A DNA stretch of 64,000 nucleotides, taken from the NCBI GenBank assembly GCA_010909165.1, contig MU008155.1:310001-374000 (forward strand). The letters are read 5' to 3'. Positions 51,762 through 64,000 of the stretch are shown here, piece after piece (the first letter of the stretch is position 1; each line of letters starts with the position of its first letter). Source of the stretch: Anthoceros angustus (Eukaryota; Plantae; Anthocerotophyta). The position numbers and the translations under genes are program-made. The notes below the pieces were generated by a model. The model did not search any database. It was not told where the DNA came from and saw only the letters and a program-made list of their open reading frames with translations.

Positions 51762-54700
51762 ATGACGGACCGCCAGAAGGTTCTCTATATTTTGGTGCAA
51801 GATGGGGACACTGAGTCCCCGAGCACATCGCCGGCTTTAGGTACCGGCAGGAGGCGAGCAGGTGGACCGCCTTGTCGGTACACGCGCTCCCTACTTCAGA
51901 GTACTTTGCAGTTCATGGGATGCAAACCTCGCCACGCTTTCAAGGTAAATTGCTCTCCTCTCCTGTCCGCCTACACTCCATCGCTCTGGCTTTTCTTTTG
52001 TCCTGTTTTGGCCGGGTCACCTCATGTCTGTATCGCAACTTGAGATGCGGACTTTTGTTTTACCCGCTTGTTGGCTTCTGTTTCAGATTTGTGATGGGGT
52101 GTTTGACGTCCTTAAGGCTGAGCTTCCTGTCAAACCGAGCAAGATCCTCATGCCACCGGGGATCAGCCTAGATGGAGAGGAAGCGAGTAAAAGCAGTAAG
52201 GAGCCAACCAAGATGGATGGTAAGGAGCTCGAATCCCTGGCACCCTGCCCCAAGAAGCAGACTTCCAGAAAGCGCTCCACGGTTACTATCACCCGAGAAA
52301 AATTTTTAGACGTTGTGTGCGAGGCCTTGGCGCAATACCAGTACGTTGGGCCCAATCAGCGAGCAGATTTGATCATGGCCTGCAGGTAACGACAAGCTAG
52401 GGTCAGCTCCGAATTGCTTCGTCTTCTTATCTCCTTTCCTACCCCTCTAGTCGTCTAGGTTGTTCTTTTCTTGCATCGTTACGATTTTCGGGTTTGGCTC
52501 GTAGTGGAGGGACCTGCTTGGTTTAGCCTTTCTGTTTTAATCTTTTTTTCTTGTTAGCTCTGCTCGATGTGATGAACCTGAACCCAGATGCCTCCTCTGT
52601 GTTGTCTCTTTATCTTTCCTAGGGTTCGGGAAAGGAAGTCGTCGGTGACAATTTTGCTGTGTGGGACGAGTGGTTGTGGCAAATCCACACTCTCTTCACT
52701 ACTGGTATGTTCTGCTTATCGAGCTCTTGTCAGTTTTGATCCTGCACTAGAATGTCAATTCCTACGGTGCATACAAGACTGCTTCTTTTGAAGATCCCTG
52801 ATTTTTTACCAAGAGTTCAGTCTGCGACGCTGTTGCTGAAATGCTGTTCGCCACATCATCCGCTGATTCGTGATTTGTGCAGGCAAGCAGGCTAGGCATC
52901 ACGACAGTCGTCTCCACTGACTCTCTGCGGCATATGATGAGGAGTTTTGTCGACGAGAAGGAAAATCCTTTGCTTTGGGCATCCACCTATCATGCTGGGG
53001 AGTGCTTGGATCCTGTAGCAGTTGCAGAAGCAAAGGCCAAGAAGAGGGCAGCAAAGATGTCAAGCTTGCCCATTCACCCTACCTCAGATGAACTTGGTCT
53101 TAATGGTTCAGTGGGTGTTGGAGATAGTGGTCAAGAAAATCTCTCCTCTGCTGAAGATCTGGAGCCTCCACTGGGGAGCAGTGACAGGTTTGACAGCAAA
53201 GCGAAGAGTGTACAATCCGACCATTTGCCTGATTGGGCAGATTCATTAGTCGGGCCCAAGACTATGGCCTTGGCAGGCTATAAAGCGCAAAGTGAGATGG
53301 TGATTGATAGCTTGGACAGACTTCTAACTTCGTGGGAACAGAAGGGCGAGTCTGTAATTGTGGAGGGCGTCCATTTGAGTTTAAATTTTGTGGTAAGTCC
53401 TTAGTGGCATCTAACTTATCTTGCACAGCTGAATTTTATGGCAGTTTCTTAGTGGCAGTTACATTGTCCTCCGGAGTAGGTTGAGGTTACGTCATGAGAG
53501 CCCATGGTTTTTGGTTAGGATCGCCCTGTGTAAAGCACTGTGTTGACGTGTGTTTCCTCTCCTCAATGCAGATGGCTATGATGGCGAAACATCCTTCCAT
53601 CATACCTTTCATGGTGTATATATCGAACGAGGCTAAGCATCTCGAGCGGTTTGCCGTCCGAGCAAAATACATGACCTTAGATCCGGCGAGGAACAAGTAT
53701 GTCAAGTACATCCGCAACATAAGGACAATTCAAGAATACTTGTGTTCCCGAGCCGACAAATTCTTGGTGCCCAAAGTAAACAACACCAATGTGGATAAAA
53801 GTGTCGCAGCTATTCATGCAACTATTTTCAGCTCGTTACGAAGACGAGAGAGAGGGGAGCCCCTCTTTGACAGGGCCACCACGACAGTGAAGGTGGTGAA
53901 CCAGGAATATCAAAATCAGTATGCCGCTTCAGCTCTCAGTTCTAAGTATATGTTTCAGCTTATTCAGAGGAAAGGATCATCCCGGCAACTCATGGCTCTC
54001 ATGAATGTCGATGGATCTGTTGCAAAGGCATGGCCTATTGGGACAGCCAGTGCTGAGGGAAAACTCCTCAGCAATGGCGACAACAGTGAGATTGGCAGTC
54101 CAGTTTATGGACCCATCACAGGGGAGATAGGAACAGCTGAACCTGTGAATCTACAGTTTGGAAGTTATGGTCTCAGTGCTTGGCCCAATGATGCTGGTGG
54201 AACAAGTAGTCATGGTAGTGTGGACGGTCAAAGCTCTCGAGGAGAGCCCTATGATGGTAGTGGTCATGGTTCGCCATATGCAATTTCTCCTCGAGAGTAC
54301 AGGGACTCGTCTTCTCCTCGAGACAACACTGACAAGGAGGTAGACGTTTTCTCGTTTGTTTCCTATGTCCAAGTGCTAAGTTTGCCATCTGTTGATGGTT
54401 GCTCAATTCACTTAATGTGTCGTCTGCAGCTAATTTTTGGGGACGTAAGCGTTTCAGACAGTGAGGAAGAACCCGAAGAGGAGGAATCCAAATTCAACAG
54501 TGATGCTGAACAAGCAGAGGAGGATGAGGTACTCTACTTGGACTATTCATTTGCAAGTCCTTTAACCTAACTATGGAGGAAGATCTTCACAGGAAGGTGC
54601 GCTTTTTCCAGGTGGAAGGGTCAGTTGACGACCAAAGTATCAGATCTGATGAAGACGGCGATGACTTTCGACTCGGTGATGAAGGAGAAGAGCCAGATGA

Positions 54701-55022
54701 CGAATATTGGTCTTACGACGCTGAAGAGGCCGACACTCTGATTTCAGATACCTCGGAGCAAACAAGCCTTGACAACAACGGTGGTGGGCCGAAGGTGGGG
54801 AATGATCGCATCCGGAGCCATGGCATTGGACTAGTGCGGAGCCATAGTGGTAAGATTCAGCGGACGTCAAGTGGTCTGACGGAAGAGGCCCTGAATGTTC
54901 ATCTCGCGTCAAGTAACCTGACTGACGAGTCGGCAGATGCAGCCAAATCACACCTGACTGTCGTAAGTCCTTGCTTGGGTACGCGGTTGCACCCGCGGGC
55001 ACGGAGTTCGACTGTCAGGTGA
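51762..55022 (+). CDS. LPA1: P-loop NTPase, LPA1 / 2-phosphoglycerate-kinase-like, multi-exon
   Basis: [23 protein letters not shown], Walker [33 protein letters not shown] and [16 protein letters not shown]. Confidence 0.93.
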
Positions 55023-56374
55023 TCTGGCCATGTACATATTTAATGAACGAAGGCTGTACCATGCTCGCGAACGAGGTACATATCCTTGGATATGTGTTCA
55101 ACCAAGATCCCTGAACAGGGGGATCTTGTTTACCTCTTTCGTTGTACGGTTTCGAATCAGAGCCTAACAAATCCTTGCACATCCTGCTGTATATCACGAT
55201 GAATAAACTACGAAAGAATAAGCAATATTTGTATACGTGAATGAATCAAAAGAAACAAGCAATTGTTCCGACATGACAACTAGTTCTTAGACACAGTCAA
55301 CATGGTATGTCGTGAACCTGTAGGAACACAGATTCCAGTAGCAGAGAAGCTAGCCGATTAGGTGAAGACAAGACAACGTTAAAAAACGACTAGCGACGTA
55401 GCAACGTTTCGTCGCAACTCTCGAGGTCGAGGTATTGCCGGGAAGGCACCACCGATACACAGTACACACCCATAGACCCCCATCATACCCTGCCTGCGCG
55501 TTCAACATAAAGTACATACATCGCCCCTGACAGCGAACCAAAAAAAGGGACCGCCAGCCGGCTGCTTCTGACTGTGCACTAGTGCCCTACAGGAGCAGAG
55601 GGGGAAGCTTAATTCAAACACAGTTGACGGAGCTTTCTAGTCACGAATCCACGCAAACCACTGGAACGTACTTCCCAGCCACAACTACACCACAGATCAA
55701 CTAGGGTCGCCACACCTACAATCAAACCCATCTCTTTCAAAGCCACCACGGAAAGTGAAAGAGTCAACCAAATCAGACTGATTCCGTCCTGTGGAAATAT
55801 GTACCTGCAGATCCTCAAATATTGTTTACGCATACCTTTTGCTTCCATGGTATGATTCAGCTGGAGTTATGCCTGTCTCATCCACGAAGGGATTAGACAA
55901 ATCAGTCGAAATTTGGCTGTAGGTGCTGGTATTGACCAGGACCAGAAACACATTTCAGTCAGACCCCTTCCACACAAGGGAATTGACTCAAGGGTTGACT
56001 GCTGAGCTGCTGTCGACTTGCCAATTCTCGTTCGAGCCTCTTGATGCACATGGATCTGCTCATACTAAAAAGTCTCGTGCATTCTGCCTCACAGCTCATC
56101 CAAGTCACTTCCACAACTAAAAGATCTCCGTGCAGCTCTAGAAAATTTGACGATATGGGCCTCACCAGGCCTCCAAGAATTACTGGATAGATAACCATAA
56201 ACTCTGTAGCACCTAAAGCTTCTCCCCAAATTCTGTAAAGTATACTTCAGGCTCCTTCGCAGCACTACAGCATTAACAGGGTGTGGCTGAGGGTGCCAGA
56301 ATTCAAATACAGGTTCAGCTGAAGGTGATCGACTCCGCCACCTCACCCTCAACACACCATCCTAGAGATCCTTG

Positions 56375-57450
56375 CTAAAGGATCACGCAATGGCATTTAT
56401 TGTTCTTGGGAGCATCGGAGGGCTGTTTTTCTGCTGAACCAATCACAAGGAACAGATTCAGCAACAACTACCAAATGGATTGGTACGACAAATGACACCC
56501 AGATACAATTCCTCAGATATCAGGGAACACTCATTGCCAACATGGTCTGCCAGGATGCCCAGAAATTTGAAATCATTATCTCCCCATGAGCAATACCCAT
56601 GTCAAGAAAATTATAGGGCAAGTCCACCCTAGACTCACAATATATGCTGCCATCTGATTGGAGCACAACCAAGCAATATACAACATGGCCGGAGAAGAGA
56701 AAAGTAGCAATTCAACACTCCCACCAAAGTCCACCGTGGAACCCAATCCCTAGCAACTGACTACTCCTTGAGCAGGAGATAGTGGAGGTGACAGACCAAA
56801 GAAGTAGGTACTGAGGTGAAACACGTAACCAAGCCAACCGCAGCAAAACCATTCCAGACTGAGTAAACTTACCATCCTTTTGATCGGAGGTAGGAGGGCG
56901 GACAACCACGTGCATTGTGATAACTCCACCAGGAAGCTCGCCAACAGGAACTCTCGACTCAGCCAGAGTCTTATTATTCTCAAGAACCTTCCCGGCGTTG
57001 ATCAATTTCATGTCACCAATTGACTTCGGCCCATTCTCTTTCTCTGCTTCAAAAAAATGGCACCCAAAAAACACGGGTCAAGACTCCAACCAGCATTCAG
57101 AAGAAGGAGATGGAAGGGCATCCAGAGCTGTTCCGCATCCAAGCAACACAAATCCTTCTTCACCAAAGTCAGGTCAAGAACGCCCTCCCTCCCTACCTAC
57201 CTACCTAGCTACCTACCAGACGATCAAGAGCTGCAACTGGTTTGAATTCAGCATCCAACGCTGGTGAGGCGCGGGAGAGCCGAAAGAGAAAAAGAGCGGA
57301 GGAGCAAGCGCCTCACTCACCTTGCGGCCACTGACTAAGAATGTTCTGTTTCAAGACGGCGACGGTGGTGGCTGGGTCGTACTTGTTGGGTCCAATATCC
57401 GTGCCATCGTGGAGGCGAAACTTGAGCTCTATGAGATCCTCCCCTGCCAT
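56375..57450 (-). CDS. MUB: Membrane-anchored ubiquitin-fold protein, 3 coding exons
   Basis: IELKFRLHDGTDIGP, KLINAGKVLENNKTL and VITMHVVVRP. C-terminal CaaX CHCVIL*. Confidence 0.95.
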
Positions 57451-58069
57451 CCTGCTCTGGCCGAGGGCCGCGGAAATCTGGACTAGAGGCTACCAGCCTC
57501 ACCCCGCCTGCAGAGGATGATTCAGTACACGAAGCTAGGATCTCCAGCCGTCCAAGAGGCGAGAGCAGAGATAGCAGAGTCCCTGGGACGCATCAGATCA
57601 GGTCGGGCCACTCCCAGAAACGCAGGCCACCGCTCCCCGATGGCATCCTAGCGGCAGGGATCCTGCGGGCATCCGGCCAGCCGATCTAGGCCGCCATTCC
57701 GGGATTCCGGGCGCTGGCAATCAAACCCTGGACGACAGTGGCGAGGCCGTGGGCTGGGCTCGGCGGCCCGCTGGCTCAGGCTGGAGCTGAAGCTGGCGCG
57801 GTGGCTGGCGTCGGAAGTGCTTATGCAGCGTCCGCCTGAGTGGCCTCACACGTCGATGGCGATAGCGATGCCGCAGCTACCTGCTCTTGCTCTTCTTTGC
57901 ACAATGAGCAGGTCATGGGCATGTGCATCGCCATAGCTCATGGCGTTATGCAAGGCAGGTTCCCGGCTCTGCATCGACGGCCCCGATCGCTCCGGCGGCG
58001 ACACGGACTTTAACCCCATGGAAAAACCCGAACATCACTCACGCGCACCATCTATTACATAATTACTAC

Positions 58070-58330
58070 TCCAGTTACAACTTGTCCGCCAAAGTAAATA
58101 TTGCACAATCACCACTCTATTTTCAACTTCCTTTTCCCTACATGTCCGCACACTAAAATTCTCTTTTGGAGAAACTTTCTCTTCAAGTTTCCTAGTTACA
58201 ACTTCTTTTTACCTATATGTCTGCCAAAGCAAATATTGCACAATAACCACTCTATTTACAACTTCCTTTTATGTATATGTCCGAAAAGTAAAATTCTCTT
58301 TTGGAGAAACTTTCTCTTCAAGTTTCCTAC
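58070..58330. repeat. AT-rich direct duplication, two ~125 bp units
   Basis: aaatattgcacaat.accactctatt...aaaattctcttttggagaaactttctcttcaagtttccta occurs twice. Confidence 0.8.
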
Positions 58331-58399
58331 ACCCCAATGCCAGGGCTTATTTTCTGATATTTTCTGTGATTTATCATTTTTAATCTAATTAATTTTAAA

Positions 58400-60400
58400 A
58401 TAATAGAATGCCCTGCTCTAGCCTCCACAAATAGCTACGTACTTTGGATCTTTGCAAGCATGTTGTTCAAAAATATGAAACCAACCTCGATCGTCCACCA
58501 CTAATTTTCCAAGCTGCTTTCGACAGAGCTGCCAATGCCTACGAGGAGAAGCATCTTTCATCTGGTTTACAACGTCCACTACTCTCCTCGTTGAGCAAAC
58601 TTGATGGGGAAAAGCCAGAAGCACAAACACCACGGTGCCAAAAAATAAGCAAAGTCCCATGCTCCTAGGCCGGTTCCAAGGTAACCAGAGGTCACAAAAA
58701 ATGTTTCACTACACACAACCGCATATCATAACACTTTGGGGCACTTGGGTGCTAGCCAACTTTCATGTCGCACTTTAAAGTGTGGCACCAAATTCGGTGT
58801 CACATATTAGTTAAGACACTCTTGGTAACCTTGAGAGAGTAGGAAAGAGTGAAAGTAAAAATACAAATCCATTATTTTTTTGTATTTTACTTGATTTTCT
58901 TATTGATGTTGAGCCTTGTTTCATTTGAAGCAAATGTTGATGTCCGATGGATTTGCTGAGGCTGAGCTATGTTTGAGTTGCTGATGCTCAAGTCTGTTTC
59001 ATTTACCGATGTTGTCTTAACTAATATGTGACACCGAATTTGGTGCCACACTTGCTGATGCTCAATGGTGACTCCTTTGCAATGGAGCAGAATTTAGTGT
59101 TGCTGCGTGACGGCGGGGAGATGCCTATGTGGAGGGAAAACGTGGAAGGCTCGGTGGAGAAAGATACTGCCCCATCAACAGGTGGTCCGGAAAATGTTGG
59201 TCCAGTTTGAGAGATGAAGCCCAAGACACGGGAAAGGATCCGGAGGAGGCAGGTCCATTGGAGGGCTCTTTGAGGATATGGGCTCACCCCATCTCTTCTC
59301 CTTTAAGAAAAACCTCCACTATGTACCCATCAACACACAATGACCTAATATAGTTTTCAAAAATAAACTCTACAATGTGTTATGATATGGTGATTGATTT
59401 CTTGTTTTTTTATTTTAATTATTAATTTTTTGTTATGATATGGTGATTTGTTTTCTTATTTTGTATTTTAACTATTAATTTTATGTACTTCTCCTGTCCT
59501 GCACGTGTTGTATCCGTCAGCAGTGTTTTATCTAACACGGATTTATGCGGATGTGAAGTTGTGTGAACGGAAACCGAGGGGCTGCTGCTGGCTGGCACGT
59601 TGGCTGTGCGTATGGGATCCCGAAGTTTGGGGCTGGAGTTGGTTGGCGTGCAACGAGATGGTGTGAACTGAAGGTTGCCGACCGTTGCCGATATGGCTGC
59701 CTGCTGGCATGTCTTTCCCACTACGCCTTTACACATTTGTCGGTTGATCCTAGGAATATTGAATAGATTTTGTACAACTTTTTACTACATTTGTACATGA
59801 CAAAGAGTACCCGGCTACAATCAACCCACCACAGGCATTGGCACGTTGGTGCCTTGCAGGGCTGCTATACCAAACCCCTCGTACAATCGGTATGTCATAG
59901 CCCGAAAATTTGTAGGAACTCAAACAATTCTGTGCGTGGAACAAGGTACCTTTAGTGTCGTCAAGAGTGTGAAATCTTCTAGCCTGAGACCATGAACTTG
60001 CTCTCATTGGCAAGACAAACAAAAGTTGGCCTCAACTCCAACTCCATCTTGCCTCTAGTCCGTCGTCCTCCTTGGCAGATCTCGTGTGAGTATGGGCATA
60101 AAATCACTAAAACACTCCAAACTCCACTAGCTGCAGCGATTCTTCACCCTGAAGAGCATCCACCTGGGACAGCAAACCCCGGAGGACACATCAACCTGCC
60201 CTGTTCCACACGGACAGACAAGAGACGAAATTGGCATCAACATATGAAGGAGCCATTTGGGACAACGACGAAGCTGTTCTTAAAAAGAAAATCTTTAGTC
60301 TCAACATCAAAAGGCGTGAACCTGGAGGATATGCTCCTTGGTTTGAGACTGGGCCGTTTGGAGCGGATACCACAATAATGCCACAATCCCTATGCGTGGC
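58400..60400 (+). mobile_element. Possible degraded Mutator-like transposase fragments
   Basis: SWIM-like C..LCKHVV near 58410-58470 and an E...FC..N..P.V-like segment near 59915-59970. Heavily disrupted. Confidence 0.35.
58778..59053. repeat. Perfect 41 bp inverted repeat with 194 bp spacer (MITE-like)
   Basis: 58778-58818 aagtgtggcaccaaattcggtgtcacatattagttaagaca is the exact reverse complement of 59013-59053. Confidence 0.9.
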
Positions 60401-60884
60401 CAGTGTGATCATATTCTCTGGCAACAACAGCACAATGACAACAATGACAAACCATGCACTCTGCACCAGCAACGCAGTTGCCTGCAACTGCGTTCTACAC
60501 ATTTTCAAGCAATTTTCCCCATTTGCTCTATCGTACCTTCACATAGTCGACATGCTCCGGACAGTCCACATGTACATAATGTCCCTCATCGTTTCATGCA
60601 CATGACACTGTGCTAGCCACTGAAAGTCCTTCTGAATTCAGAACAAAACATGCGATGCATCAAAGAAATTCTGTGCAGTCAGCAATGCCGGTGACACCAT
60701 AAATCGCATAATACTCATTTTGGAACCTACCAGAGCTACAGTGATTCCACGTGTGTTCTCTTCTGGTGTTTTGTCGATCTCATTGACCTCGATCTCAGAT
60801 CTTCCACAGCTGCCAGTCCCTCACAGGTAAGCTGGCTCAACTCCATGATCCAGCCCGATCATACTTGCTAGTTCTTCATTCTTC

Positions 60885-63800
60885 TCACGGCCGACCCTTA
60901 CAACTGCAAGAACCAGCTGCAAATCGATGCACACGGTACCCATCCCTTACAACAATGTTTCTCTGTTCAAGCCTTGACATGATCTCCGTGGAGCTGTGGC
61001 AGTCACTGCACATACGTAGATTCTTCGTTACCACCAGAGGTGTCCCACTTGGGGTGTTCAAGAGACCAAATGCCAGAGCTAGCTTCTCAGCATGCCCACA
61101 AAGCATGTCTTCCTTTTCCTTCTCACCGAGTGGCTTCAGCACCAACTTTGTGTGAGGTAGGTGGCCTCCTTCCTGCTTCACACTTGCGTTCGTGCTCTCT
61201 ACCTGAAGCGCAATATCCTCTCTCCTTTCTCCTACCAGAAACCTATGTACCAGCTTATTCACCTCGATGGTCGCCACTGCAGCTTTCTTGTTAGCTCCTG
61301 CTACCCTTCTCTGTGTTTCAATCCTGTCTACATCGGCCCACCTACCTGCATCAGCGTAGGCATTGGCCATGAGCACATATGCTGTCGCATCCTGAGGGTC
61401 CAGCCTAACAATGCTTTCAGAACACCACATCGCCCTCTCTATATCTCCATGGCTTTTGCAGGCATTCAACAAAGATGTTAATCCCACAACATTACTTTGG
61501 CCCTCGCATGATAATAGCATCTTCTCTGCCTCATCCAAATGGCCTGCACGCCCAAGAAGGTCAATCATGCAATTGTAATGCATAATAGTAGGTTTGATGC
61601 CATGCTGTTCAGCCATGGAATCAAAGTGCTTGCGACCCTCGTGGACCAGTCCCTCATGACTGCATGCTACTAAAAGGCAAGTAAAAGTAGCATCATTAGG
61701 CTGAATACCGGCAACTAACATCTCCTCAAAACAAGCTAGTGCCTTGTGACCTTCATCACAAGTACCATACCCAGATATCAGGGCGGTCCATGTCACCACA
61801 TTCTTTGTGTTCATGCTGTCAAAAACCTGGCGTGCGTGTTTCAGTTCACCGCATTTTGCGTACATGTCCACCAGGCAGGTGCCCAACACTACGTCATCCA
61901 GCAGTCCTCTTCCAACAATCTGCGAGTGAAGCTGCCTGCCCTTCTGTAAGGCACCAGTGCTTCCACAGGCCTTCAGAAGGCAAGCAAAAGTAACATGTCA
62001 GCCAAAATGAGGCCCGCCTCCTCCATTTGTCCATACACAACAAGCGCCTCTTGGCCGAGTCCTTGCTGTGCATACCCAGCAATCAGGGCGGTCCATGTCA
62101 CCACATCCTTTGTTCATGCTGTCAAAAACCTGGCGTGCATCTTCCAGTTCACCACATTTTGCATACATGTCCACCAGGCAGTTGCCCAACACTACGTTAT
62201 CCAGCAGTCCTCTTTCAACAATCTGTGAGTGCAGCTGCCTGCCCTTCTGTAAGGCACCAGTGCTTGCACAGGCCTTCAGAAGGCAAGCAACAGTAACATT
62301 GTCAGCCAATATGAGGCCCGCCTCCTCCATTTGTCCATACACAACAAGCGCCTCTTCACCAAGTCCTCGCTGTGCATACCCAGAAATAAGGGCGGTCCAT
62401 GTCACCACATCCTTTGTGTACATGCTGTCAAAAACCTGGCGTGCGTCTTCCAGTTCACCACATTTTGCATACATGTCCACAAGGCAGTTGCCCACCACAA
62501 CGTTACCCAGCAGTTCTCGTTCAACAATCTGTGAGTGCAGCTGTCTGCCCTTCTGTAAGGCACCAGTGCTTGCACAGGCCTTCAGAAGGAAAGCATAAGT
62601 AACATGGTTAGCCAATATCAGCCCCTCTTGCTCCATTTGTCCATAAACAACAAGTGCCTCATGTCCGAGCCCTTGCTGGGAATACCCAGAAATCAGCACC
62701 GTCCATGTCACCACATCCCTTGTGCCCAGGCTGTCAAAAACCAGGCGTGCATCTTTCAGTTCACCACATCTTGCATACATGTCCACCAGGCAGTTGCCAA
62801 CAAACACGTTAGAAGGAATGCCACTCTGCACCACATCACAGTGCACTTTTCTGCCAGATTCCAAGTCGGCGGCTAATGCACAAGCTTGGAGGGCAGCCAC
62901 AAAGACGTGAGCATCCGCCTTCACTCCTGACCTACACATCTCATGGTACAGTTGTACGGCCTCAGTAGGTTTCCCATGCTTAGCATGCGAGATTATGGAG
63001 ACCACATGAAGGCATCTGGTTTGCCACCCTGGTGAACACATCCATGGCCTCCTCTAGCCTACCTCCACATGCATACATGCGCAAGATATGGTTCCCCAAG
63101 TATGCATTCGACTCGTACCCAAGTTTGACAGTGAGATCATGAACTCGTCGCCCCACAACCAGATCCTTCTTAACTGTACACAGTTTCAGCACAGTACAAA
63201 ACAGAGAATGGGAAAGAGCAGAGTCTGTCTGCGCCAAAGATTCCAGGGCTCCAACGGCCTCAGAAAGCTTCCCCTGCTGACATAACGTGCTCACAGTTAC
63301 ACCTGTAACGACCCCCATTTCCGATCCTGCGCCCCTGCCAGGTTCAGGATTCTCCGGAAACCTGGACTCGGAAGGAGAGGCTCCATGACCCATCTGCACA
63401 TCCAAGGAAACGAGCTGCTCATCAACCCAAGCGGGCTTAAACATGTTGTTTAACCACAGGGCCTCGCCGGACCCCTTACGCCGGAAGTCAGGCGAACGGG
63501 AGCTCTTCTTATCTCGTCTGTTGTCCCACCACATGGTAGGGTCCAGAAAAAATTGTTGCCACAATCGCTCCTGCTCCTGGCAACGGCCATCGTTGGATAA
63601 CCCGTCCCCACCCACACATTTTCTCGAAAGTGGAAGTGCAGGGCTCCTTACACTGCTACACCTGGAGCCCATTTCCGATTGTGCTCGCCTCCCAGATTCA
63701 GGACTATCCGGAGAGCTCGACTTGGAAGGCGAGGCACCATGACCCATCTGCATATCCAAGGAAACGAGCTGCTCATCAACCCAAGCGGGCTTAAACATGT

Positions 63801-64000
63801 TGTTTAACAACAGCACCTCGCCGGACCCCTTACGCTGGAATTCACGGGAGCCCTTCGTATCACGTCTGTTGTCCCACCACATGCTAGGATCCAGACAAAA
63901 TTGTTGCCTCCAATGCTCCTGCTCCTGGCAACGACCATCGGTGAAAAACCCGTCCCCGCCCACACATTTCGTAAGTGGAAGCACTGGGCTGCACCTGGAG
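60885..64000 (-). CDS. PLS-class PPR with DYW:KP-type (GRP-ending) deaminase-like domain and tandem N-terminal OSB PDF motifs; 5' end outside window
   Basis: PLS array, E1, E2, KKAAVATIEV in place of the PG box, HAEKLA, CSDCH and terminal CSCKGRP*. Two WWDNR motifs at ~63400-63930. Small deletions near 63010, 62113 and 61995. Confidence 0.92.

Noticed and set aside
31072-55022. Phosphate gene cluster (PTB plus LPA1)
   Set aside because: The genes are ~18 kb apart with unrelated housekeeping genes between them, and there is no evidence of co-regulation.
61990-63020. Programmed frameshifting or a definite pseudogene call for the PPR-GRP gene
   Set aside because: The lesions are 1-2 nt deletions typical of the assembly noise seen across the window and cannot be judged without reads.

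Overview
This is eukaryotic nuclear DNA from a seedless land plant, most likely a hornwort (inference). The evidence is compact genes with ~80-130 nt GT-AG introns, a PTB-type Na+/Pi symporter, PLS-class PPR editing factors with WW-type and KP/GRP-type ends, and a nucleus-encoded plastid-type rps15. Positions 1-30 kb are transposon-rich: a Ty3/gypsy integrase remnant with a very long (~4.4 kb) LTR, an inverted related solo LTR with a CAGGG target-site duplication, a Copia RT/RNaseH remnant, a Haspin pseudogene, an intronless MED25 and a patchwork of copied fragments. The 9.5-21.7 kb stretch shows overlapping duplications with scattered indels that look like long-read assembly noise. Positions 31-64 kb are gene-dense: PTB phosphate transporter, PPR-E+, Sec61beta, Ku80, rps15, a tandem ACP-like protein, sarcosine oxidase, tRNA-Val, LPA1-like NTPase, MUB and a PPR-DYW:KP(GRP). 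The strongest novelty candidate is OSB-type 'PDF' ssDNA-binding motifs fused to the N-termini of both PPR RNA-editing factors, including the putative U-to-C editor. Other candidates are a protein under purifying selection encoded inside the LTR, a plastid-targeted double ACP-like protein, and the nuclear rps15. Many frameshifts fall in homopolymers and may be sequencing errors. All alignments were made by eye.
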